A stretch of DNA of 64,000 nucleotides from Podarcis cretensis (taxonomy: Eukaryota), in contig OX638161.1 in NCBI GenBank assembly GCA_951804945.1, forward strand, positions 48,174,001 through 48,238,000. Reading direction: 5' to 3'. The translations under genes and the position numbers were made by a program. Below, piece by piece: positions 49,695-62,721 of this stretch. Within the stretch, counting starts at the first letter, position 1, and the number at the start of each line of letters is the position of its first letter. The notes beneath the pieces were generated by a model. That model ran no database searches. It had not been told where the DNA came from and saw only the letters and a list, made by a program, of their open reading frames with translations.

Positions 49695-49967
49695 TACAAA
49701 GATTTCATGGATCATCTAATATAGGGTGGGTTTGATAATTTGATAATGTGCATGCATAGAATCTATGGCATAGATATTTTAAGTGCACATTTGATGAGAA
49801 GGCAGGGTGTGTAGAGTTTGGATTCCATATTAATACTCTCCATTCTTATGCTCACTGATTTATGCAAAGCTACAAGACTTTGGGTGTCCTACCTAAGCCT
49901 TCAAAGTCTCACTTCTCACACAGACAGCATATTAAGTCCTTTTCAGAGCCAGAGAATTGTATCACTA

Positions 49968-50225
49968 TGCTCATTGCACTGGCTGCCTCTTCCTCATGTG
50001 TGTTGAACTTTACATCTACATCTTATTCCTTCCTTCCTTTATTGTGGATCTCATGTGGGCTGCTGCTTTTTCTATCTCATCTATTTCCCGTTTCCAATTC
50101 CAGGTGCCCTCACACAGATAGTTCTGATGCAGTTGGACCCAGTATTGAAGAAACCTGGAGAATCCCATAAACTCACCTGTGCTATTACTGGATTTGATGT
50201 TAATAGAAATGTTGTAGAGTGGGTC
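49968..50225 (+). pseudogene. IGHV family-C pseudogene, shortened leader, truncated after FR2 Trp
   Basis: V exon from 50104 [26 protein letters not shown], then fused to downstream intergenic sequence. Confidence 0.85.
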
Positions 50226-50378
50226 CCTTCAAGTGTCTCACCCAAATCCTCTCATTTGGAGAAATGTCATCCTACCTGAGCTGTCTGGATGCAACATTAA
50301 TCCAGGTGGCTGAACAGAGGCTGGAGGATCTACCCCCAAAGGTAGTTATAGGGGACATGGCAAGGTCTGGACAATGCA

Positions 50379-53300
50379 TGTCAGGGAACTGACATCGGAG
50401 CCAGAGGTGGAGGCAAGGCTCTCAAGCGATGCTGGAGAGGGGCCCAGCAGGGAGAGAGGGAGCTCAATCAATCAATCAATCTTTATTTACGGCTATTAGC
50501 CCATAAAATATGTACAAACATAAAAAGCACAGAAGCATAAAAACCAATACATCTAACGACAGAAGAGGAACTCCACAATGCAAGGGTGGGACATTGAGCA
50601 GTGACAAATAACAGCTTGGGGCCCGGAAAGATCCAAGGGACGGTTCACAGAAAAAGGAGAACTGGTGATGAGGTCCGTCATGCGCTCTCATCATAACTGT
50701 CCGATTGGTTTTTGTTGTTGTTGTTGTTTTTTGGTGGTTTTTGTGTGTGAGATAACCGCATTCAGGAATCTCGCCACCTGCAGAGTTACAGAGGGATCTG
50801 TATCCTGCAAAAGCAGTGCGGCATGAGACTCAACAGGCCTGCCAACCAAGCGCAGTAAAGCAGGACCCAGGAATTTAGTTCTGGCTATGCTATGTAAGGG
50901 ACAGTTAAACATTATATGTGGAAGAGATTCAACTGTTTTCCTGTCACACTCACATAGCGGAGACACCAAACCCTTGGAAAATCTGTGGCTCAGCAGGTTC
51001 AATGGAAAAACATTGAACCTTGCACGAATAAATGCAAGTCGGTGTGGTACAGATGAAAGTGATGACGTATGATGGAAGGCCAAGTGGTGGGGTTATTCCG
51101 TAATACCTGGGAGAGCAGACACCCCCTCCCCCTGGAGACGTTGTTTTGATTTTCAATGTCTGCTAATCTTTGCTCGATAAGGCTTTTGGCTGAGCGTAGG
51201 TTCATCTTTAAGGAGTCCGCTGGGGAAATTCCGATGCTCAGAAGTTTGGCATGGATTTTTCCTACCCACAGATTAACAAAGTCATCCCGCCAGAGGCACT
51301 GAAAGAGGTAATGGTCGGGAAGCTTATGCCAGCTGGACAGCCAGTAGCCAAAGACTCGCTTCCAGATGACAGTCTCCAATGATGCAATCCTTAACTCCAG
51401 ATGTATGGCTGCATTGCTCACACACATGGGGAGTTTCAGGAGGCGACGGAGAAACTGATTCTGCAATGTCCCCAGCGATGTTAAATTGGACCCTGGGGCC
51501 CAGAGCGGGGCAGCATAACAGAGGGTGGAAACCACTTTTGCGTGGTACACCTTCAATGCAGAAGGGATGTGGGAGGCTCCGTCGACCGCAAAAAAATGGA
51601 GTAGAGTGTAAAGTATTGTTTTCCCTTTGTTCAGTAAATACTGTATCTGTGGCTTCCAGCTTAGGTTGTAGTGAAAAAAGACTCCCAGGTATTTGAATTT
51701 GAAAACCTGTTCTAGTTGGACTCCATCTAACTTCCAGCTGTAAGTTTTCCGAGACCTGGTAAAGACCAGTACTTTAGATTTTCCATAATTAATTGTCAGA
51801 TGGTTGAGTTTGCAATAAGCCGCAAAAATCTTTAGAGCTCTGCATAAACCGACTCTAGAGTAGGAAAGGATCGCTGCATCGTCAGCATATAGAAGCAGAG
51901 GGCAGCGAAAATCAGCTAGGCGGGGGGCATGAATATTGGCTTGAGACTCACTCAAAAAGAGCTTCATGTCGCTAATAAACAAGTTGAAGAGGAGTGGGGC
52001 CAAAATGCAGCCTTGGCGCACTCCTCTATTTATTGGGACCTCATTGGATAGGTTTCCCGCCGGTGTGAGTCTCACTCTAGCTGACGACCCGTGGTGTAAT
52101 TGGGTTATAAGCCATAACAGCCTTCTATCTATGCCCCATCTCTCTAATTTCTTCCATAGACAGTTTCTTGGGATACTGTCGAAGGCGGCCTTTAAGTCTA
52201 TGAAAGCGACACATAGGCGCCCCCGACTCGGGGCAGAATATTTTCTGGCAAGATGATACATAATTACCATATGGTCAGTGGTCGAATAATTGTTCCTAAA
52301 GCCCGCTTGCTCATGGCCAATCAAATTTGAGTCGTATGCCCAATGGGACAGCTTAGCCAGCAAAAATTTTGCATAGATTTTCCCGATGATAGACAAAAGG
52401 CTGATGTTCCGATAGTTCTCTGGGTCAGCAGGGGGGCCCTTTTTATAGACTGGTACGATCACGGCCTCCTTCCATGACCTAGGGATAAGCCCCGTAGAAT
52501 TAATTGCATCAAAGACTTTGGCCAGGATTTCAGCCCAACACCTCGGTTGCGTAACAATAGCCTCAGCAGGGACTAGATCCGGCCCAGGGGCTTTGCCCGT
52601 TTTCAGATCTAGTATCAAGTCCATTATCAGTTCTGGGTCAGTAGAGGGCCACAAAGGTAGATGGTCGGCTCAGAATTCCATGGGTGAGTAGGATTCCTCT
52701 GCCAAAGAGAAATATTTACTCAAGAATTGTTCCCATGTGGGCGCAGGGATAATCGCCAGTGGGTACTTCCTTCCTCTTTTGTTTATCAGAGCCCAAAATT
52801 CCTGTGGTCTGCGGGATCTAGAGGCCGCAATCAAGGCTCGCCAACGCTTTTGGTACCACTCGCGTTTGGCCAACTTTAAAGTCTGTTTGTATGCTCTTTT
52901 GGCTTGTAAATAGGAGGGTGGTAGAGCCTGGGCATTAGAGTTTTTATATTCATTATAGATAGAATGAAGAAGGGATCTTGCTTGTTTGCAAGAGGTGTTA
53001 AACCAAGGGGCCCCAGTACTGCAATGCGCCACTTTCGCCTTTTGGGGAGGTGATGTAAAAAAAGTGGTGAGGTTTGTTATAAGAAGGTTAAAAGGTTTCA
53101 AAACCAAATTGAAATCTTGTAAATCAGTAGTTATTTGAGGTAGATAGGCAATGATTTCCCTATGAAAAAATTCCTGGTATTTTTGGGCCACAGCCTCTGA
53201 CCATTTGATCTCTCTTATTTTGGTCGATGATGAGGTTTCCAGAGGGACTGAGTGTTTATAGTCCTTCTGGCACCGGAACAATGACAAAGTGGTCACTATT

Positions 53301-56300
53301 GGAAGGTGATCACTGAAATGTTGGTTTTCAACTTGGAAGGAAAGAACATTAATGGCCAAATTTGCAGAGATCAGGAAGTAATCGATAACACTGTTAGATG
53401 CTAGTCCCAGGTGAGTGAACTCTCCCGGTATGTCGGGGGGGAAGGTGCCGTTCAAGAAGACTAAATTCAGGCGAATGGCCATTTGGTAAAGGGTCACTCC
53501 TGCTTTGTTTACTCTGTTGTCCTTTGAAGTTCTAATTCTGGCATGTTCCAAGTCAAAGTTGTCCAAGCATGGGGGAGTCCACCATTTGGACTTGGTTAGT
53601 AGGTCCCAATTTGTGGCAATACGGGCATTAAAGTCTCCCCCAATTAAGGAGTACGAGTTAGGGCATTTGGTATGACATGACAATAGGTGATTTTCAAATG
53701 ATTCCCATCTCCAATCAAGATCAGGTGCAGAGCCTTCAGGGGGGAGATAGACATTAGTAATTAGTAATGAGGACTTCCCTTCTGCGATCAGTCCAGATAG
53801 AGCAAAAGGCGGGGAAGCCCATACCAGAGTGAATTTGGCGTGAAGTTGGAGTGAGATCCCGATCAAAAGACCCCCTTTGGGGCGACCACCTTTCAAGGAA
53901 GGGGAGGCCGGAAGTGTTAGAAGATCAAAGCCGTCTATGGTAATCTCTTCCTCATCCCATGTTTCTTGGAATAGAATGATATTAAATGAATTTATGTACT
54001 TCCTGAATTCGGGATCTGATTTTTTGGTTCTCCAACCAGCAATGTTCCAGCTAAGTATTGATAATGTCAGATCCTTGTGCTGTCCCGGTAATTGTCACTT
54101 TGAGTTGTTTAATAGGTTCTTGGAGGTAGAAGGAGGACCCATGAAGAAATCAGTAATTTTAGTTTGTGCGGATAAGGTCTTCTTCTGTGTTGATCGAATC
54201 AATGATTTGGTAACATTAACAGGCAGGGAGGGCTTTGCTGGGGTGGAAGAATTAGGCAAAGTTGGTGAGGTCGGATGCTGTTCATTGAAGTGAGTAGTAG
54301 TAGGTCTTTGATGGGCTATACTAGTAGATCCGTCAGAGTTATCAGTCTTAACCAGGGTAGCGCTAAGAGGTGTTCCAGCCATCACTTGTAGTTGCTGCGC
54401 AGGTGGGAAAGAATTATCACGCAGATGTATAGTAGGACGTGAACGTGGGGGTGGTGCATGCATAATCATTTCCTGGTGATCTTCAGACAGGGTAGATTCT
54501 AGCTCTGGCATTGAAGCAAAGGATTCATCAACTTCCATATTTTGATTGGGCATAAGATCTGAGACGGGAGTGTTGAGTTTATCGACTTCCTCCACGGTAG
54601 AATGGTGCTGTTGGTCAACAGGTGACTGCTGATTCAGATCAGTAGGGGGTAACAAAGTAGCAGGTTGAAAGCTTATCAAGGCATTTGTGGGGCGTGGAGC
54701 GCCTGCTCTCCTCTCTCGTCGGCATTGAGGGGTCCCCTTGCAATAGGAGTCTTTGTTTGAGTAGATCCAATCTGTCGAGAATAGCCTGCTGTTCTTCTGA
54801 AGGGAGTTTTCCATAAGAGGAGATAAGATTTCTCTCTTCAGGGATATTCCAATCTCGGCATGCAATTGGATCATTCCTCAGCGTAACTGGATGGGCACTT
54901 GGGATCGCAGGTGGAACAGGGGGTACCCGGCTAGGTGTTTTTTCCTTTATTATAGGAACAGAAGGAGGTAACGAGCATTCATTGCCGGTTAAGATGTTAG
55001 CAAAAAGAGGTTTGACACTTGTGTCCTTAAAGACTCTTGTTGTTACAATCTCCCAGACTGCCAGCCGGTCTTTTTGTCTTGTAAGAAGATGTGGGATCCT
55101 TGCAGACTGGAAGGAAAGCATAAATTTCCTTGGCCAGGGCGTGGCATTTAGGGGTACTACAGATATAAGATCTATCTGGAAAAAAGGGATATTTAGAAAA
55201 TCACGTAGGTACCCTTTAGCCATCCTCAGGTAATTCCACCTAAGTCTGGGGGCGTCACGGGAAAAAATGGATAGACATATTTTATTAGGTTGAAAAATCA
55301 AGGAATGCTTGTTCCTTTGGGGCAGTGGCAGTCTGCTTCTAGAACCCTTAAGGTGAGAATTCTGGTCATGTTGTCTCTTTAAGGCACTTACAAGCTGCAC
55401 AGGAGATTGATGCAAATTAGATAGCTCAGTTGAGGAAGATGGATGAGTCAGAAGGGCTTGTGAAAGTTTATTCAAAGATAAAGAAATCCCTTCCAGTTTC
55501 TTGAAAATGAAGCTTAAAGTCCTGATTACTAGTTGTATTTGGTCAGGTACTGATTCATGGGCAGTTTGCCCTGGTGCGTCCTGTTTTAGTGACGGTGAAG
55601 GTGTAATTAAGGTGTCAGGGAGGAGGGCTTCCCTACGGCTTCCTTCCCCCCCTGGATCAACTGGCTTTTCCAGCTCCCCTTGACCATACAGAGGCCAAAA
55701 GCGGTTGTATGTTTCGACCGCAGAAACAATTACTTGTTCTGTTTGGCTGTTATTGTTAGTAGGTGGTGAGGGAGATTCAAGCTTTGGCTGCTTTACTCTT
55801 GGAGGTGAACAACCTTTCTCAGCAGATCTTGGTCGCTTGCCATGACCCATTTGTCACTGTCTCACTGACTACGGAGGTTAAAAGTAGAGATAAACGGAGT
55901 TAAAAAGATAACTTATCTTCTGTGGACACAACTCCTCTGCCACTCCTCCTCCACTGCTCCGCATAACCCAGTCTTCAAGGCGGCGTTTCTAATCAGCGGC
56001 AGGCTTTCTCAGCAGAAGGTTTGAATATCCTTGTTAATACGTATATTGGTCACGACTGGCCAACAGTAGAGATAAAACGGTTAAAACTTCTAACAGCGGT
56101 AAAATAATTAAAGTCTAATAAAAACAGCTATAAAAACGGCTATAAAAGGCTGTAAAAGGCTATAAAAGGTTTGTTATCCAGGAGGGTTCACGGAGGAGAA
56201 GTTGTTACAGCCGCCATCTTGGCACCTGTCTCATCGGCTGGGGAAGGAAATCAGCGTAACACCAGGGATAGAGGAGGGCAGATGGGAGAATCGGCGAGGG

Positions 56301-56581
56301 GGCTCCAAGACTCTTCGCTGGAGACCAGCGGGGAGAGCACGGGTCCTCCGCTACCCACACCCACCCTGCGCAGAAGACTTCCGCGCAGGGAAAGTAGGCA
56401 TAGACTTGGCGTCAAAGAACTTCTTTGCTGGAAGAAGTTCAAGAAACGCCCACTGACGGATTCTGCTAGCGACTGAACAGCCATGAAGTGAAGGGCTGTC
56501 CAGCCAGAACAGGTTTAACTAGGCTACCTAGCCAGGAGTGGCGGTAAATTACACACGAGCAACCCCCTTAAAACCATTACA
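50379..56581. mobile_element. Solo LTR (50379-50466 plus 56230-56581) split by a LINE
   Basis: TGTCAGGGAA..TTACA termini as in 33752-34111; flanks ATGCA/ATGTA. Confidence 0.7.
50467..56229 (-). mobile_element. Near full-length RTE-X-like non-LTR retrotransposon (ORF1 + APE-RT-CCHC ORF2), degenerate
   Basis: 5' CAAGATGGCGG motif; ORF1 55850-54095 (one frameshift); ORF2 54094-50691 with SWNI, QETW, GDFN, SVIDY, SDH (APE), FIDLKAAFD, GVRQGC, LYADD (RT), CEC..H..CP; nonsense at 52670-52672 and frameshifts near 51100; (ATTG)n tail; possible TSD CTCA. Clade assignment is from motif pattern only. Confidence 0.85.
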
Positions 56582-56726
56582 ATGTATTAATGGGGAAACT
56601 AGTCTAAATTTTTATTGCATTTGAACCAGACTGATAACTATATTCTTTTTTCATAATTTAACAAAATCTACTGTTCTTTTTTCCCCTTTTTTTAAAAACA
56701 TCATTTTGTAGATTACCTATGTTACC

Positions 56727-56865
56727 TATGTTCTCGAAGCTACAAACATGAGTCTGACCAAACTGCGGGAGGCAGTGGAAGACAGGAGTGCCTAGGGTGC
56801 TCTGGTTCATGGGGTCACGAAGAGTCAGACACGACTAAACGACTAAACAACAAACAACAACAACA
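56727..56865 (+). mobile_element. BovB (RTE) 3' end
   Basis: CATGGGGTCACGAAGAGTCAGACACGACT and (CAA)n tail; TSD ATGTTACC. Confidence 0.88.
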
Positions 56866-57122
56866 ATGTTACCCATCAAGTTTTATAACTTTGTTTACAA
56901 ACATTCTATGTAATCTGTGGCATAGATGCTTTAAATGCACACTTGATGAAAAGACAAGAGATATGGTTGCATATTATATTGGTTCCTCCCCTCTTATATT
57001 CATTGATTTATGCAAAGCTGCAAAAAGTAGTCTCCCTCTTCAGCCTTAAAAGTCTCACACCCCACCCAGACTTCCTGCAACGGCACATTACATCTCTTTC
57101 TGATCCAGACTATCCCACCATT

Positions 57123-57578
57123 ATGGTTTCTTTACTGCCAGTGCTCATTGCCTTGGCTGCCTCTTTCCCATGTATGTTGAGGTCTTTTTCCTTCATTAAT
57201 TCATTGTGAGTTCCATCTGATTACTTTGGGCTGTTGCTTTTCCTATTTCAGCTTTTTCCCCTGCCTTCCTATTCCAGGCACCCTCACACAAATTGTTCTG
57301 ACTCAATCGGATCCTATACTGAAGAAACCTGGAGAATCCCATAAACTCACCTGTGCTGTCACTGGGTTTGATGTTAACAGCTACTATATGGGCTGGGTTC
57401 GACAAAAACCTGGAAAAGGATTGGAATGGCTTGTTTACTACTACAAACCTGGGAGCACTGATTATTATTCCCCTACAATCCAAGGGCGATTCATAGCCTC
57501 TAAGGACAGCTCCAACTTCTATCTGCAAATGAACAACCTGAAAGCAGAAGACACGGCTGTCTATTACTGTGCGAGAGA
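57123..57578 (+). CDS. IGHV: IGHV segment, family C, intact
   Basis: Leader 57123-57171, V exon 57278-57578; perfect RSS 57579-57617. Confidence 0.96.
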
Positions 57579-58797
57579 CACAGTGAGTGAGATCTCACTA
57601 GACCTCAGACAAAAACCCTTCACTGCATTTCATTTTGTGAGAAATAACCAGAGGGGGCAGCAAAGGGCAGCAAACCAGAAAGCCACAAACCAGAAATGAC
57701 TGATGGCCCACTGATTTCATTTTTTGACCATGCTCCAGTCTGCAATGAGTTGCTCTAATTTTGTCTGCTACAAAAGAACAGCTTTGAGACAGTGCCCTCC
57801 CCTCATTTCCCCCACCTGTGCCTTCTAGTGTAGTTTTTCTCATGATATTTTGTGCTGTTGGAAACTGAACCCACTGATTAGGCTGCAGTTGTGGATGTTA
57901 TGTTAAGGCCTTCTGATGCAGATTTGTAGGCCTAGGTAGATTGATTGAAGGGAGCTAGGACATAACCTTAACCTTATAGATACCAACCAATGAAGATGTC
58001 CATTCTGCACAATGCAAAATTGGAACTTTAGTGTGGCGTCTCTTGACCTTTGCAACTCCTCACAATAATGTCAGACAAACACCTTTATTGTCTTTTCAGC
58101 AATTGCAAAAGGCATTCCTCCTTCATCAAACATACTAATTGAGTCATTTATCCCAATTGGTATGAACATTGGACATGAATTGATTAGAGTTGTATAAAAG
58201 TCCTTTTTAGCTTGCTGTCCTGGAGCAGAAGACACTTGGATGAATGGGGTCACAATGGAGTGCATCACCCAAATCCACTCAGCTGGAGACATGCTCTTCT
58301 ATTTGAGGTTCCCAGCTGCAGCAGGAATCCAGGTGGCTGAACTGAGCCTGGGGCATCTAAGGCTGGCATAAGGATCCCACAAATGGCTGTTCTAGAGAAA
58401 ATAGCAAGGTCAGGACATTACTGGAAGGAGGGACCTAGTCTCAATTTTTATTCCATTTGAACCAGACTGATACATATATGTATTCATTTATTTTGCAGTA
58501 TCTACTGTTCAATTTTTTAAAATCATTTTGTAGATTACCTGTGTTACCTATCGAGTTTGATACCTTTGTTGATAAGCATTCCATGTAATCTGTGGCATAG
58601 ATGTTTTAAATGCACACTTGATGAAAAGGCAAAAGATATGGTTCCATATTATATTGCTTCTTCCCTTCTTATATTTGCTGATTCATGCAAAGCTGCAAAA
58701 AGGAGTGTCCTTCTTTAGCCTTCAAAGGGCCATGCCTCACACCGACTTCCTGCAACGGCACATTACGTCTCTTTCTGATCCAGACTCTCCCACCATT

Positions 58798-59253
58798 ATG
58801 CTGTCTTTACTGCCAGTGCTCATTGCCCTGGCTGCTTCTTTCCCATGTATGTCAAGGTTTTTTCCCTCCCTTAATTCATTGTAGGTTTCATGTGATAACT
58901 GTGGGCTGTTGCTTTTCCTATTTCATCTATTTTTCCTGTCTTCCTATTCCAGGCACCCACTCACAAATTGTTCTAACCCAGTCGGATCCAGTTCTAAAGA
59001 AACCTGGAGAATCTCACAAACTCAACTGTGCTGTTACTGGATTTGATGTTAATGGATATGTTATGGTGTGGGTCCGACAAAAACCTGGAAAAGGGTTGGA
59101 ATGGCTTGTTCGCTACTATAAAGCTGGGAGCGATTATAGATATTCCCCTACAATTCAAGGGCGATTCACAGCCTCAACGGACAGCTCCAACTTCTATCTG
59201 CAAATGAACAACCTGAAAGCAGAAGATACGGCAGTCTATTACTGTGCGAGAGA
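58798..59253 (+). CDS. IGHV: IGHV segment, family C, intact
   Basis: Leader 58798-58846, V exon 58953-59253; perfect RSS 59254-59292. Confidence 0.96.
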
Positions 59254-60112
59254 CACAGTGAGTGAGATCCCACTAGACCTCAGACAAAAACCCTTCACTG
59301 CATTAAATTTTGTGAAAAATAAGCACAGGAGGCAGCAAAGGGCACCAAGCCAGAAAGCCACAAACCAGAAATGATCAATGGTCCACTGATTTCATTTATT
59401 GGCCACACTCCAGTCTGCAATGCGTTGCTCTAATATTGTCTGCTGCAAAAGAAGAGCTCTGAGACAGTGCCCTCCCCACATTTCCCCCACCTGTGCCTTT
59501 CTCTGAGAGAGCTTGTCAGCTTATATCCAAGAGAAAAGATATTTTCCTTTAACAATGTCTAGGAAGGCAGTTTTTCTATTACAGTTTTTCTCATGATCTT
59601 TTGTGCTGTTTGAAACTGAACCCACTCACTAGGCTGCAGTTGTGGATGTTCTGTTAAGGCCTTCTGATGAAGATTTGTAAGCCTAGGCAGATTGATTGAG
59701 GGGAGGCAGGACATAACCTAACCCCTACAGATACCAACCAATGAGGATGTCCATTCTGCACAATGAAAAATTAGTCACATAGTGGGGAAGCTCCTGCCCA
59801 TTCCAACTGTTCACCATTGTGTTTCAGATAATCTCCTCTATTGTCTTTTCAACAACTGCTAAAGATATTCCTCCTTCATCAAACATTCTAAATTAAGGCA
59901 TTTATCACAACTGGTAAGAACATTGGACATGAATGGATTTGAGGTGTATAGAAGTGCTTTTTAACTGGCTGTCCTCGAGCAGAAGACACTTGGATGAATG
60001 GGGTCACAATGGAGTGCATCACCCAAATCCACTCAGCTGGAGACATGTCATCCTATCTGAGCTGCCCAGATCCAGCAGGAATCCAGCTGGCTGAACTGAG
60101 CCTGGAGCATCT

Positions 60113-60657
60113 TTTTTTTTTTTTTTTTGATATTTATTAAAGTTTCAACAATTACAAAAGGGAAAAAAAATGAACATACCACATTAAACAAAAACCAAGC
60201 AACACACCACAATATAAAAAAGAAAAAGAAAAAGAAACAGAAAAATAAAACCCATTAAACAAAAACAAAATTAGAAAAAAGAAAAAGCATCAGATCTCCT
60301 TTCTATTCTTTCATTAGCTTGTTTCCTTGATCTCCTCACACCTCCCTTTTTTGTATTCTAGGTCTATTGTCTATTTCAGCAAATCCTTTCCCTCTTAAAA
60401 AAAATTTGTCCTGTAAATTGTCTTAATATAATGTAATTTTACTTTTCCTCCTTTCACCAATTAACAGTCAGTTATTCCCAAATCCTTTGTATCATTCCTG
60501 CTAAAATCATATAATATTATTCCAACATCCTTCTAACAAATATTAATTTTACAATGTTTCTGTAGATAGTCTTTAAATTTCCTCCAATCTTCCTCCACCG
60601 ACTCTTCTCCCTGGTCTCGGATTCTGCCAGTCATTTCCGCCAGTTCCATATAGTCCA
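60113..60657 (-). mobile_element. L1-like LINE 3' end
   Basis: Poly-T at 60112-60128, minus ORF end DYMELAEMT..WRKFKDYL, 16-nt TSD TGAGCCTGGA(G/A)CATCT. Confidence 0.85.
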
Positions 60658-61113
60658 TGAGCCTGGAACATCTAAGGCGGGCATAAGGATCCCCAAAAGG
60701 CTGTTCTAGGGAAAATTGCAAGGTCAGGACATTACTCGAAGGAGGGACCTAGTCTCTGTTTTTATTCTATTTGAACCAGACTGATACACATACTCTTTTC
60801 CCATTATTTAACAAAATCTACTGGTCTTTTTTTTTTTTTAAAAAAAAAAAGTTTTGTATATTACCTATGTTACCCTTCTAGTTTGAAACCTTTGTTGGTA
60901 TGCATTCTTTATAATACGTGGCATAGATGTTTTAAATGCACACTTGAAGAAAAGGCCAGAGATATGTTTCCATATTAATATACTCCCTTCTTATATTACC
61001 TGATTTATGCAAAGCTGCAAAAAGGAGTGTCCCCCTTAAGCCTTTAAAGCCTCATGCCCCACACAGACTTCCAGCAACGGCACATTACATCTCTTTCTGA
61101 CTATCCCACCATT

Positions 61114-61570
61114 ATGCTGTCTTTTCTGCCAGTGCTCATTTCCCTGGCTGTTTCTTTCCCATGTATGTCAAGATCTTTTCCCTTCCTTAATTCATTCATT
61201 GTGAGTTTCATGTGATAACTGTCGGCTGCTGCTTTTCCTATTTCAGCTATTTTTCCTTCCTTCCTATTCCAGGCACCCTCACCCAAATTGTTCTGACCCA
61301 GTCGGATTCAGTACTGAAGAAACCTGGAGAATCTCACAAACTTACCTGTGCTGTCACTGGGTTTAATGCTAACGACTATATGGGCTGGATCCGACAAAAA
61401 CCTGGAGAAGTCTTGGAATGGCTTGTTCTCTACTATAATGCTGGGAGAGATTATAAGTATTCCCCTACAGTCCAAGGGCAATTCACAGCCTCAACCGACA
61501 GCTCAAACTTCTACCTGCAAATGAACAAGCTGAAAGCAGAAGACACGGCTGTCTATTACTGTGCGAGAGA
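61114..61570 (+). CDS. IGHV: IGHV segment, family C, open (CDR1 one codon shorter)
   Basis: Leader 61114-61162, V exon 61273-61570; RSS CACACTG 61571-61577, 23 nt, TCAAAAACC. Confidence 0.93.
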
Positions 61571-62374
61571 CACACTGAGTGAGATCCCACTAGACCTCAG
61601 TCAAAAACCCTTCACTGCATTTCATTTTGTGACAAATAACCACAGGGGGCAACAAAGAGCAACATATCAGAAATGATCAGGGGTCCAACGATTTAATTTA
61701 TTGGCCACACTCTAGTCTGCAATGAGTTACACTAATATTGTCTGATGCAAAATAACAGTTTTGAGACAGTCCCTTCCCTCATTTCCCCCACCTGTGCCTT
61801 TCTCCCAGAGAGCTTGTCAGCTTCCTTCCAAGACAAAATATATTTTCCTTTAGGAATGTCTAGGAAGGCAGTTTTTCTAGTGCAGTTTTTCTCATGACAT
61901 TTTGTGCTGTTGTAGACTGAAGGCACACATTAGGCTGCAATAGTGGATGCTTAGTTAAGGCCCTCTTATGCAGATCTGTAGGCCTATGTTGATTGATTCA
62001 GGGGAGGCAGGACATAACCTAACTCCTGCAATAGAAACAAAACAAAACAAAATAAACAAAACAAAACAAAATAGAATTTTTTTAAAAAATCCTTTCAGTA
62101 GCACCTTAGACACCAACTAAGTTAGTTATTGGTGTGAGCTTTCATGTGCATGCACACTTCTTCAGATACCTACCTACCTACCTACCTACCTACCTACCTG
62201 TAACTAACCCCTGCAGATACCAACCAATGAAGATGTCCATTCTGCACAATGTTAGATTGGTTCTTTAGTGTGGTGGCTCCTGACGTTTGCAACTCCTCAC
62301 CTTTATATATCAGACAGGCAACTTCTCTACTGTCTTTTAAGCAATTGCTAAATTGCTGAAAAGACAATAGAGTC

Positions 62375-62433
62375 CAGAAGACACGGCTGTCTATGACTGT
62401 GCTAGAGTCACAGTGAGTGAGATCCCACTAGAC
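62375..62433 (+). pseudogene. Family-C VH 3'-end remnant with heptamer and partial spacer
   Basis: CAGAAGACACGGCTGTCTATGACTGTGCTAGAGT + CACAGTG 62409-62415 + AGTGAGATCCCACTAGAC; no nonamer. Confidence 0.8.
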
Positions 62434-62721
62434 AGTCTGATGAAAGCATTCAGTCTCCAACAACACAAAATTTCACATGAAAAGATGCACCTGGGGAACT
62501 TCTGCCTTCCTCAATATTCGTAAAGGAACAGGGGCCTTTTCTGAAAGGAAGTTTTTTTTAAAAAAAAAAATTGAAGATGGGGGAAATGGGGGGAGAGGAT
62601 TGTCTCAGAACTTACCTTTTTTATTGGAACAAGAAAGCTGTGGAACAAATTACTGAACTGCAGGCAGAACCTAGGCTAAAGAATTGCAGCTTTGGGGCAT
62701 TTATAATTTCTCAGCTTTATA

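Noticed and set aside
3888-61570. V segments as TCR-delta VH-delta genes or light-chain V genes
   Set aside because: VH-type sequences, 23-RSS and octamer in heavy-chain orientation; squamates are reported to lack TCR gamma/delta. No C gene is in the window, so IGH remains an inference.
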